Source: a virus
Reading direction: 5' to 3' (one strand)
UHGV virus genome: UHGV-0144373
DNA length: 64,000 nt
The notes under the pieces were generated by a model. That model ran no database searches. It saw only the letters and a list, made by a program, of their open reading frames with translations, and was not told where the DNA came from. A program made the translations under genes and the position numbers. Position 1 is the stretch's first letter; the number at the start of each line of letters is the position of its first letter. Below, piece by piece: positions 34,290-42,902 of the stretch.

Positions 34290-35945
34290 TATCAAATCCC
34301 TTATACAACCCTTTCCCTTTCCTTTCCAGAATCTTTCCACTGATTCGATAAAGCCTATCTCATACCTTAAAAAGCAATAACTCTATAGCCTATTCTATAG
34401 CCTTTTATCAAATCCACTAATTGGCATTGTTACCAATCCCTTAAATATAAGCCCATAACCCGAAAGGGAAGGGCAACCCCTAAAACGCTCTATAACGCTC
34501 TATAACAGCCTTATCAACCTAACTTAATGGATTGCATTACCTCACCTTAAAAAGCTCTTTACAGGGCTTTATAGAGCCTTAAAAGAACCTTATAAGGGTA
34601 TAAGCTTTATCATCTCGTTAGTATTCTTGTGAACTACTAAAAAGGGTTTGATAGTTCCTTTAAAGTATGTTATAGGGGCTATAAAGTTACTTCAAAGTAA
34701 CGTAAAAGTTGCTTAAAAGTTACGTAAATGCTAGCCACCTTTAACATTTTCTTAACAATTTCTTAACAATCCCTACATAGTTATACTTGTTAGCAACTTG
34801 TCAGCCCCTTGTTAAATCTCTGTTAAGACCATGTAAAAGCCTTGTAAGAGTCTTTGACATAGCCTTTAAAGCTCCTGTAAAGCCCTATAAAGAGCTATCC
34901 ATACAGTTGAGGGGTAAATACTAGGGAGATACTAAAAGAGCCTATAAAGAGCTATAGAGAGCTTTTAAGAGGTATGTTTAAAGAATCACTAAAAGGGAAA
35001 GGGAACGATAAGAAAGAGATAGTGACCATGTTAACAGTTTGTTAAAAAGATTAAACACTTGTTAGGAACTTGTTAATTATCTTAATTGGTATTGTTACCA
35101 ATCCCTACAAAATAACTCTTTAAAATTAACTATATAGCTCTTGTTAGTCATCTATTAAGAATCTGTAAAGACTATTCAGCACTTGTTAGAAAACTGTTAC
35201 ACTCTTGTTAGTTCTGTTAAGAATCTGTTAAGACCTTTAAAGAGATGTTAAGACGATGTGAGAACTGTTAAGAGATTGTTAAGGATATTTTAAAATTTTG
35301 CAAAGGGGGTGTTAAGGAGCTGTTAAGGGCTACCAAGCAGATATACATCCTAATCAGATATTTTTCAGTTCCTTCAAAGACCCTAAAAAATGACTTGATA
35401 GTCCTATTTTATAAAAATTTTAAAATTCTGAATAATTACCTATACAGTCTTTTAAAAATACAGGTAGAAACAGGCTTATAAGATACCTTGTTAGTACCGT
35501 GTTAGACCTTGTGAGATAAGGTCTGTAAAGATATTCCTGTTAAGTTTGTTAAAACAGTCTATATAGAGGCTTAGTAATACCTAGTGAACACCTATAGAGG
35601 GTATCATAGCTAACCTAATGGGTTACTGTTAAGTAACACAGGTAACCTAGAGATTAAGAGGTGTATAGGAGCTTCTAAGAGGGTATAGAGAGATGGTTAA
35701 GGTGATTGTATAGGTTGTTAAGAAGGCTTGTTAGAGGGCTATTTAGAAGGGTTATACAGATGGCTATTAAGACCACTAGATAGTTACTAAGATACTATAT
35801 AGTACTATATAACTATATAGAGAGTAAGATTAAGAAGGTTGTTAAGAAGGATAGATATTTTATTCACATATGATGGTGACCCAGAGGTTGGGACAACCGA
35901 TAAAATTTTATAAAAAATATAAATTTCGTAAATTTTACTCAATAA
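34290..35945. repeat. 1.65-kb ORF-free, AT-rich region dense in short repeats
   Basis: No ORF of 60 aa or more on either strand; many copies of TGTTAAG/CTTGTTAG, TAAAGAGCT and TATAGAGAGCTT; duplicated 23-mer AATTGG(C/T)ATTGTTACCAATCCCT at 34419-34441 and 35084-35106. Confidence 0.7.
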
Positions 35946-35972
35946 AAAGCCCCCAATTAAGGAGGCTCTTAA
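35946..35972 (-). terminator. rho-independent terminator (minus strand)
   Basis: Minus-strand reading: AGCCTCC-TTAATT-GGGGGCT then TTTTTATT, just downstream of the stop of the 35979-36530 gene. Confidence 0.45.
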
Positions 35973-35978
35973 GATATT

Positions 35979-36530
35979 TTAAATCAGTGTTTCCAGAACT
36001 GTTTTTAGTGATGACTTAGTTGTCTGATAAAAATGAGTGAATCCGTTGTTGTTATCGAATATCTGCATCATGATATCATCTCCCTTGATTGGGTATACTC
36101 GGATATCATAGTGAAACCCATTAAAGACAGCAGAACCATTACAGAATACACTAAAATCACTTGCTGAGATGTACTCTTCATGACCTGTGATTTTTATACA
36201 GACACCTTTACTCGGTCTCTTAGGATTGATATCTTCCATCACAGACATACTCTGTCCACCAAGAGATACCATAGTGACCACTTTACGGTTCTTCTGTTTA
36301 AAGTACATCTTAACTTTCTGTAAAGTGTCTTCATAGAACGGGTAAGACTTCTCTACAAAGACTCCTTCAAGTGGCTCTTTACCATTTTTAACTTCTCTGA
36401 TATGTCGTATTGAGAAGACAAGCTGCTCTAGTATGTCAAGGCTTTCTTTGGATAATGCTTCTCGAACATCACTCCAGTCAAGTACTAGGTAGTTACCTTC
36501 AACTTCTTTTACATCCATAAGCTCTTTCAT
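35979..36530 (-). CDS. hypothetical protein
   Basis: 183 aa; ATG with GAAGGTAG SD; no confident motif. Confidence 0.4.
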   Translation of the reverse strand: MKELMDVKEVEGNYLVLDWSDVREALSKESLDILEQLVFSIRHIREVKNGKEPLEGVFVEKSYPFYEDTLQKVKMYFKQKNRKVVTMVSLGGQSMSVMEDINPKRPSKGVCIKITGHEEYISASDFSVFCNGSAVFNGFHYDIRVYPIKGDDIMMQIFDNNNGFTHFYQTTKSSLKTVLETLI

Positions 36531-36581
36531 TTCGCTACCTTCTAAGTTCTACAAAGGGGCTATCAAGTAACCCCTAAGTTA

Positions 36582-36806
36582 TTACTCAGACTTTTCAGTC
36601 TTCTTATCGGACTTCTTACTAGTCTTCTTCTCAGCTTTCTGTTCAGGTTCCTTCTCAGAAGTTGCCTTGATAACCATATCAAGAAGCTCTGATAAGTCAC
36701 TCTTCAGCAAAGTAACAGGCTGCTCATTGTAGAAGTTTTTGTCAAGATAGACTTTAAACTCTTCTATAGAAGGAAATCCAAAAATTGGTACAGGTGTCTT
36801 AATCAT
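36582..36806 (-). CDS. hypothetical protein with Lys/Glu-rich C-terminus
   Basis: 74 aa; GGAGAGA SD. Confidence 0.4.
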   Translation of the reverse strand: MIKTPVPIFGFPSIEEFKVYLDKNFYNEQPVTLLKSDLSELLDMVIKATSEKEPEQKAEKKTSKKSDKKTEKSE

Positions 36807-36882
36807 TACTTAGTCTCTCCATAGGCATCTTTTAAGATTGCCTTGTTAATCATTTCAGCGATTGCAAAACGAACACATACAG

Positions 36883-37386
36883 CTATAATTGTAGGTTGCA
36901 TTCTTTACTTACCTCTTCAAGTTTAACCTCAGAGTCCTTAAGTCGTTTCTTATGAACTCTGAACCTCATTAGTGAGATGATGATACCAGCTAAAGGAACA
37001 GCATACAAGTACCAAACATCATGTACCTTTGCAGTAATCTGTGTAATGGTCAAGTCTTGAGCTATACAACTGATTGCTGATACTGCCAGTAACATTGCTA
37101 AGAAGAACGCCAGTACCATAACAATACTTAGGCAACCTCTGGCATGGTGTTCATGCTTAATGCACTTATTCTTTTCGTCAACAACTCTGTTGTAGTCGTT
37201 TGTAAAGTCTCTGTAGAAAGCTTTCAAGTATTCTTGACTGTAGCCCTCAAAGCAACCTGTACCGTACCAATAATCACCACCAAAATGTGCTATGATACCG
37301 GTATCTCCATTTGGTTTGGTTACTCTTAGGGAGACATGATGACCAGTCTTCTGGTAATCTATTTTGTATCTTTCTTCGTAAATCAT
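36883..37386 (-). CDS. membrane protein (hypothetical)
   Basis: ATG at 37384-37386 with AGAGGTG SD (track start 37416 also possible); two predicted TM helices. Confidence 0.4.
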   Translation of the reverse strand: MIYEERYKIDYQKTGHHVSLRVTKPNGDTGIIAHFGGDYWYGTGCFEGYSQEYLKAFYRDFTNDYNRVVDEKNKCIKHEHHARGCLSIVMVLAFFLAMLLAVSAISCIAQDLTITQITAKVHDVWYLYAVPLAGIIISLMRFRVHKKRLKDSEVKLEEVSKECNLQL

Positions 37387-37601
37387 TTTCCAACACCTCT
37401 CAATCGTTTGTTCCATTCAAGGTCAACAAGTCTTTGCAGGACTTTCCCTCTAGGTGTTACACCTTTTAAATCTGCATCGTAGCAACGGTAAAAGTCACCT
37501 TCAGCGTGTTTACCATAGCATTTTCTGATATTCTGGCTTCTGCGATACTGTTCTAACAAGGACAGTTTGTAGTAATCTTCGACTGTAGTTAGTTTTTTCA
37601 T
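37383..37601 (-). CDS. hypothetical protein
   Basis: 72 aa; stop overlaps next start (ATGA). Confidence 0.35.
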   Translation of the reverse strand: MKKLTTVEDYYKLSLLEQYRRSQNIRKCYGKHAEGDFYRCYDADLKGVTPRGKVLQRLVDLEWNKRLRGVGK

Positions 37602-37684
37602 TCTTTCACCGTAGTGTTTCTCTAGAAACTAAAAAGGGAACTACCTCTCGATAGCTCCCATCATAATTAATATTGTATACTCGG

Positions 37685-38266
37685 TCAAGAGTATTTTTTA
37701 GGCAGCAATGCACTACGCTTGTTACTCTCTTCACTCAACAGTGCAATGAAATCATCACTTTTACCTTTCCACGGGCTGAATGAAGGTATGTGTTCGCGGA
37801 TAGCCTCAATCACTGTTTTAAGTGCTGTGTTCTTCATCCACCAATCAGAATCTGCTGATGCTACCACGTAGTATCCACCGTCATCAGTTAAAATTGGCTC
37901 TGAAATACATGGTGAAATCAAAGTGGTGATGATTGAACCATTGTTCATGTAGTATGTGCGTTTCATAACCTTTTCAAGAAGCTTGTGAAGGTCACCAAAC
38001 AGTGTTACAAGTTCTTTGTGGTCAATATCTTTTTCGAGGTTTGCTCGATACTTCAATAGAGCAGCATCAACCTCTCTATCATTGAACTTGAAATATTGAA
38101 CTTCTTCAACAAGGCAAACACTGATGTTGTTAACATTCATAGTCAACTTACAAACTTTTGCAGGAGAGTTGATACTTGGTTGAAAAAGTGCAACACACCC
38201 TTCAATGTTTCCAAAATGTTGTACCAGTGTTACTTGTGGAGTGATATTCTGTTGCTCTTCGGACAT
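37685..38266 (-). CDS. hypothetical protein
   Basis: 193 aa; GAGGAAA SD. Confidence 0.4.
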   Translation of the reverse strand: MSEEQQNITPQVTLVQHFGNIEGCVALFQPSINSPAKVCKLTMNVNNISVCLVEEVQYFKFNDREVDAALLKYRANLEKDIDHKELVTLFGDLHKLLEKVMKRTYYMNNGSIITTLISPCISEPILTDDGGYYVVASADSDWWMKNTALKTVIEAIREHIPSFSPWKGKSDDFIALLSEESNKRSALLPKKYS

Positions 38267-38610
38267 TACAGTTTCCTCATTAAATACTTTTTAAGTTGTG
38301 TGTTAGGTTTCTCAAAAACTTCTATAGAAGATATCTTGACAGCTTCACCACGCATACCAGTATGTTTGAATATGTAATACTCTAACATCCCTATGTACTT
38401 TGCTGGTAAGTCATATTTGACATACACCGTCACAGAATCTTCAAATTCGACAACCTTTGTACCATCTTTGTAGTTAAACTCTTTAGGATGGTTGTAGTTG
38501 TCTATGTCGTACATTAAAAAGAGTCTTTTACGTTGTAGGTCAAGCTTATTTGTTAAAGACTCTTTGATATCTGAGAAGTTTTTGTACACTGTGACATGGA
38601 GCTTATTCAT
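38266..38610 (-). CDS. hypothetical protein
   Basis: ATG at 38608-38610 with GAGAG SD (track start 38652 is an alternative codon). Confidence 0.35.
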   Translation of the reverse strand: MNKLHVTVYKNFSDIKESLTNKLDLQRKRLFLMYDIDNYNHPKEFNYKDGTKVVEFEDSVTVYVKYDLPAKYIGMLEYYIFKHTGMRGEAVKISSIEVFEKPNTQLKKYLMRKL

Positions 38611-38896
38611 CGTTAAACTCTCTGACGAAGAAATAGTTGACTTTGTTATCACCTACCATAAGGTCAAAGCAGGTATTTTCAAAAGGTTTGTTGTAGGCAT
38701 CATATGAAACATATGGGTCAGCTACTTGCTTAGTGCTTAACTTCTTACTTGATGGTTTTAAGAGGCCACCATACAGCTTCTTGATAGCCTCTTCTACAAC
38801 AGACCAGATAATTTCGTCAGTAATTTCTTCGTACAGGTCAAGTTCACGCTCTAGTGAGAAGTCACAAATAGGGAAAATAACCTGTACTTTACTCAT
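38603..38896 (-). CDS. hypothetical protein
   Basis: 97 aa. Confidence 0.35.
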   Translation of the reverse strand: MSKVQVIFPICDFSLERELDLYEEITDEIIWSVVEEAIKKLYGGLLKPSSKKLSTKQVADPYVSYDAYNKPFENTCFDLMVGDNKVNYFFVREFNDE

Positions 38897-39285
38897 TAAC
38901 GGATAACCTGTGTGACTTGAATTGCTTCAGTTACTGATAAATCACCTACTTGCTCTTCTTTGATAAAAGTGAAGGTAAGTTCAACGGGTTCTTGCTCTTC
39001 TTGCTCAACCGGAACACCGTTAAGCTCATCAAAGATTGACTGAGTTGTCCAGTCTTCTCCACCATCTGGATAATGGATGGCGTAACGAGGAAACTCCATA
39101 TCATACCAGCCAAATACAGGACAACCATCTTCATCATCTCGCATTCTGCGAAGGGTGCTACCTGAGCCTGTAAAGCGAAGACTAATATTCCCATTACACT
39201 CAAAAATCACTGCGTCGGCAAGTCCAGTATCTTCTCGACCATCATGTCCAAAAGTGTCAACTTTTACTTGAATCTCTTTATTCAT
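38896..39285 (-). CDS. hypothetical protein
   Basis: 129 aa; GAGAGAGG SD. Confidence 0.4.
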   Translation of the reverse strand: MNKEIQVKVDTFGHDGREDTGLADAVIFECNGNISLRFTGSGSTLRRMRDDEDGCPVFGWYDMEFPRYAIHYPDGGEDWTTQSIFDELNGVPVEQEEQEPVELTFTFIKEEQVGDLSVTEAIQVTQVIR

Positions 39286-39676
39286 AAAAACCTCTCTCTG
39301 CTTGTTCGATTTTTGCTCTTAAAACTTCACAACGTTCTATGTGATATCTGGCCTCATGCTCATGTGTTGCCAAAGTCCTTTCAAGAACTGTTTTATAGTA
39401 ACTCACAAGCTGCTCTCTTGTCAAGGGATGTTCTGAAATAATATCAAGGCCGCTTTCCCCTAGAGTATTAAACTGCCCGTGTTCATTTACATGGTAAGTC
39501 TCAAACTTGAATAGGCCGTTGTTAGCAGCCTCAATAGGTGAGAGTTCAACCAACTCAACAGTAAACATTGTGTGTACCCTATCACCAATTGTAACAATGT
39601 TGCTACCAATGATTCTCACCATTGAGCCATTGCGAGTGTACTTAAAAGTTCCAAAGTCACTAGCCCAAAGTTTCAT
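39278..39676 (-). CDS. hypothetical protein
   Basis: 132 aa; AAGGAGAAA SD. Confidence 0.4.
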   Translation of the reverse strand: MKLWASDFGTFKYTRNGSMVRIIGSNIVTIGDRVHTMFTVELVELSPIEAANNGLFKFETYHVNEHGQFNTLGESGLDIISEHPLTREQLVSYYKTVLERTLATHEHEARYHIERCEVLRAKIEQAERGFYE

Positions 39677-39727
39677 AGTTTTCTCCTTAGAAAATAAAAA
39701 AGGCTCCCGAAGGAGCCTATGAAGATA

Positions 39728-40192
39728 TTACTTTGGATATACACTGTCAAGATAAATCTCAGCTTCCATTCTACGTCTGTTTTTCAGGCCGTTTGAAGTG
39801 ACATTCTTACCTTTGACTGTAACCTTGTTCCACCATTGCATAGCTTCTGCACAACCGGCCTTATTACCATCGTTGTGGCGCTTGATAAATGTGGAATCCT
39901 GCATAGCTGTGATGCCAATGTTGTATGTTTCACTTACAAGTGCATCAAACTCATTCTGAGAAGTTGGAACCTTGATAGCTTTGTTCACTGCTGCAACGAA
40001 CTTTTCAACATCTGCGAGAAGATACTGTTCAGCTTGTTCAGCGGTAATCCTCATACCCATCTTAACAGGTTTGCCAGCAATACGGATTGTCCCGTACCCA
40101 ATTGTGGGGATTCCAGCAGAATCTTCGTAAGCCTCTAGCTTAAGACCTTCAAAGAACTTAATAGCTTCTAAACCTTTTCTTGAGAGTTGCAT
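39728..40192 (-). CDS. endolysin, GH24 lysozyme (T4 e / lambda R-like)
   Basis: 154 aa; N-terminal LEAIKFFEGLKLEAYEDSAGIPTIGYGT matches the catalytic Glu/Asp/Thr region of phage lysozymes; GGAGGTATA SD. Confidence 0.8.
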   Translation of the reverse strand: MQLSRKGLEAIKFFEGLKLEAYEDSAGIPTIGYGTIRIAGKPVKMGMRITAEQAEQYLLADVEKFVAAVNKAIKVPTSQNEFDALVSETYNIGITAMQDSTFIKRHNDGNKAGCAEAMQWWNKVTVKGKNVTSNGLKNRRRMEAEIYLDSVYPK

Positions 40193-40824
40193 TATACCTC
40201 CCCTGCTGGGTTAACTGTAACTGTTGCCGCATTAGATGTTACAGAGCCACCTGCGCCAGTAACTACACAGGTGTAGCTTCCTGTATCAGCAGCGGTTGCA
40301 CCTTCTTTGGTGTAAGTTGCAGTAGTTGCATCGAGGATGTCTTCCTCACCTTTCTTCCACTGGTAACCTGTCGCACCTGTTGCCACAACATTCAGCGTTA
40401 AGGTCTCACCTTCATTGATTTCTTGATTGGTTGGTTGCTGAGTGATTGATGGTGGCTTGATAGCATCCTTCAACTTAGCATTCAACATTGAGAATGGTTT
40501 AACTCTTGCCAGCCATTCACAATAAACTGTATCAACGTCTTTACCATTGATAATTGCATATTGTAAGTCCATGAAGAAGTCAGAAGTTCTCATTTGAGCA
40601 CCGATGCTGTAAAGCAACTCATCACTAAATGGGACTTTATAGGCTGGTTTGTAGTCAAACTTCTTAACTTCTGCAATATCAGCTTCAGGCCAATACGAAC
40701 TATAGGTAAGTGGTAAAATAGCCTCTTGATATGTTCTAAAATCATATCTCTTACCAGCCTTTACGTTTGCAATGAAGCCCTTCACAAACTCTTTGAAGTC
40801 TGGGTAAGTCTTTGCTTTAATCAT
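40192..40824 (-). CDS. paralog pair member with C-terminal Ig-like domain
   Basis: 210 aa; N-terminal 125 aa homologous to the next gene; C-terminus PPSITQQP...EGETLTLNVVATGATGYQWKKGEE...DTGSYTCVVTGAGGSV is an I-set-like Ig pattern. Confidence 0.45.
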   Translation of the reverse strand: MIKAKTYPDFKEFVKGFIANVKAGKRYDFRTYQEAILPLTYSSYWPEADIAEVKKFDYKPAYKVPFSDELLYSIGAQMRTSDFFMDLQYAIINGKDVDTVYCEWLARVKPFSMLNAKLKDAIKPPSITQQPTNQEINEGETLTLNVVATGATGYQWKKGEEDILDATTATYTKEGATAADTGSYTCVVTGAGGSVTSNAATVTVNPAGEV

Positions 40825-41192
40825 TTCTTTTTAGCCTCTAAATGTGCGTTTAGTCTAAAATAACCTTTGTGATGCGGAGATACATCACCAACAACAACAC
40901 CTTTAACCTTATAACCTTTACCAATTACATACTGAATATCCATAAGGAATCTTCCCAGACCAACAATATGGAACATTGGATATAATAGATTCTCAGAGTC
41001 TGGAATATTGATTTCTGGTTTGTAGGTGCGTTGTTCGCTTGTTGGTGTAATATCTTCTTCAGGCCATTTACTGAGTCTCCATGTCAAAGGTGTTGGGATA
41101 ACATCATTAAGGTTGTACCTTTCACCATTTTGCACGGAATTGATATAGGATTGTAGGAAGCAATAAAAGTCTTTTGCACTCTTAGCTTTCAT
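40821..41192 (-). CDS. paralog pair member (no Ig domain)
   Basis: 123 aa; shares Y(P/N)DF..F(V/L)..(F/Y)I..V..G.RY and FxMDxQY(A/V)I motifs with the upstream paralog. Confidence 0.45.
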   Translation of the reverse strand: MKAKSAKDFYCFLQSYINSVQNGERYNLNDVIPTPLTWRLSKWPEEDITPTSEQRTYKPEINIPDSENLLYPMFHIVGLGRFLMDIQYVIGKGYKVKGVVVGDVSPHHKGYFRLNAHLEAKKK

Positions 41193-41239
41193 TAAATATC
41201 CTTATAAATAGTTAAAGGGGCATCAGCCCCTATTCACAC

Positions 41240-41830
41240 TTAAGCTTTGGTCTTAAGTAGGTTCTTAAGTTTTTTAAGATTCATACTCTCATCAAACTTA
41301 AAACCAAATCCATTGACATAATCAATGAACTCGGATTTCTTACTGAGTGACAGTGCGTAACTCATATCAAAGTTCTTACTTGTTTCTGCGTCTGGACTAG
41401 AGTTCACATCAAATGAAATTTCTGTAGGCTCTTGCTTACTTTTTCTCATATTATCAATTAACAAACATGTATAGTTTGCTGGATAGAAGTTTACACTACC
41501 ATCAACGTAGCTGTACTTATTATTATGGATAAGGTTGGAAAATACCTTAAGGAATGTTTCTGAGTCGTGGCAAACAAGTTTGAATTGGCTGCTCTCTCCA
41601 AGTGCAACTAATGAGTACGGACTTTCACTATCGAAGTCATAGTTTGGATTCGATGTCGTCACTGTTACACGCATCAAGTTATTAGCAATAGTCTTCTGTT
41701 TAAAAGAATTTTGAACATAGTGAAGACCTCTACCACACTGATTGACTAGCTCTTTAAGTAGGTCATTTGCATACGGTGAATTAATTGATACAGAGCCATC
41801 ACTATTGTAATTAAAACTTACTGTTAACAT
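41240..41830 (-). CDS. hypothetical protein
   Basis: 196 aa. Confidence 0.4.
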   Translation of the reverse strand: MLTVSFNYNSDGSVSINSPYANDLLKELVNQCGRGLHYVQNSFKQKTIANNLMRVTVTTSNPNYDFDSESPYSLVALGESSQFKLVCHDSETFLKVFSNLIHNNKYSYVDGSVNFYPANYTCLLIDNMRKSKQEPTEISFDVNSSPDAETSKNFDMSYALSLSKKSEFIDYVNGFGFKFDESMNLKKLKNLLKTKA

Positions 41831-42057
41831 TTTTCAGTTCTCCTGCGATTTATAATTTTGCTGCAATAGAGAAACGAAGTAAACTCACTGGAAGAAACCA
41901 TTAAGTGTTGTTCACTAGATTGAGCCATTGCCCTGAAATACATTCCAGTCAAAGCATCATAGTGACTATTCTTTCCAATTGAGGTTATATAGCCATGACT
42001 CTTTGCAGTTTGATATAAATCTATAATATCTGCGATTTCTAATTGGGAACTACACAT
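41824..42057 (-). CDS. hypothetical protein
   Basis: 77 aa; AAGAGGA SD. Confidence 0.35.
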   Translation of the reverse strand: MCSSQLEIADIIDLYQTAKSHGYITSIGKNSHYDALTGMYFRAMAQSSEQHLMVSSSEFTSFLYCSKIINRRRTEKC

Positions 42058-42200
42058 AGATAATCCTCTTGTCTTCTGTAATTTTGAAAGAACAGGTACA
42101 GACCAATTTCAGAGGATGAATAGTAGATTAATTCTACCCTTTTTGATTCCTTACAGTGATTGGTATTCTTACCTTTCTTCGGTTTATTTGATTTTCTCAT
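42039..42200 (-). CDS. small basic hypothetical protein
   Basis: ATG at 42198-42200 with AAAGGAGA SD (track start 42221 is TTG). Confidence 0.3.
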   Translation of the reverse strand: MRKSNKPKKGKNTNHCKESKRVELIYYSSSEIGLYLFFQNYRRQEDYLCVVPN

Positions 42201-42449
42201 TAAGTCTCCTTTGTAGAACAAGGCAGACCTACAGCTTTAAGTAAGATGGTACAGTAATCCATACAACAAGTCAAGAACTATTGCAAGTTAAAAAAGTTGT
42301 TGACAAAGCACTTGACAAGGTATAGGCTTATAAATACTTAGAAGATAACTTAAAAGGTTCCTCTAAAAAGGCTATTTAAACAGATATCTTTCTGGATATC
42401 TATCTTTTATCTTAAAAGCCTTTTAAGAGGTCTTATAAGAGGCATACCA

Positions 42450-42821
42450 ATGAAAAACAGAACAAACAAAGGCCAGTTTAAAAAAGGCCAGTCTGGAAAC
42501 CCATCTGGAAGACCAAAAGGCTCTCGTAACAAAAGCTCACTCGTAAAAGCTCAACTGACCATTGATAATTCTGCTGAGTTTGCTGCAAAGTTGTTTGAAG
42601 CGATTGTTACAAGGGACGCTGCTAAGCTTGCAGAGTTCGGTTTGACGACTGACGATGTAAACCTGAAGTCGATGATGGAAGCTGGTAAAACTATCATGAC
42701 CCACTCAGCAGGTGAGATGAAAGCGATTGCAGCAGACACTAAGAAGACCCCTGATAATGGTGGTCAGTCTCAGACAGATAACAAGCCAACGTTCTCTGCT
42801 GTAGCGACTCTCAAAAAATAA
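42450..42821 (+). CDS. hypothetical protein with N-terminal GNPSGRPKG motif
   Basis: 123 aa; basic N-terminus KKGQSGNPSGRPKGSRNK. Confidence 0.4.
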   Translation: MKNRTNKGQFKKGQSGNPSGRPKGSRNKSSLVKAQLTIDNSAEFAAKLFEAIVTRDAAKLAEFGLTTDDVNLKSMMEAGKTIMTHSAGEMKAIAADTKKTPDNGGQSQTDNKPTFSAVATLKK

Positions 42822-42833
42822 TTTTAAAAGGTG

Positions 42834-42869
42834 TTGACAGACTCTACAAAGTTGCTCTAAAGTCTGTCA
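42834..42869 (+). promoter_or_regulatory. promoter-like TTGACA overlapped by a perfect 9-bp inverted repeat (operator-like)
   Basis: TGACAGACT (42835-42843) and AGTCTGTCA (42861-42869) separated by 17 bp; TTGACA at 42834-42839. Confidence 0.4.
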
Positions 42870-42902
42870 CATCAAACAACAAACGAGAGAAGAGAGTAAA
42901 AT

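Noticed and set aside
28172-34290. Repeat-spacer periodicity that could be mistaken for a CRISPR array
   Set aside because: The repeats are 80-90 bp, of two classes, and contain promoter, hairpin, SD and start codon; the intervening segments are 200-540 bp ORFs of varied length, not spacers.
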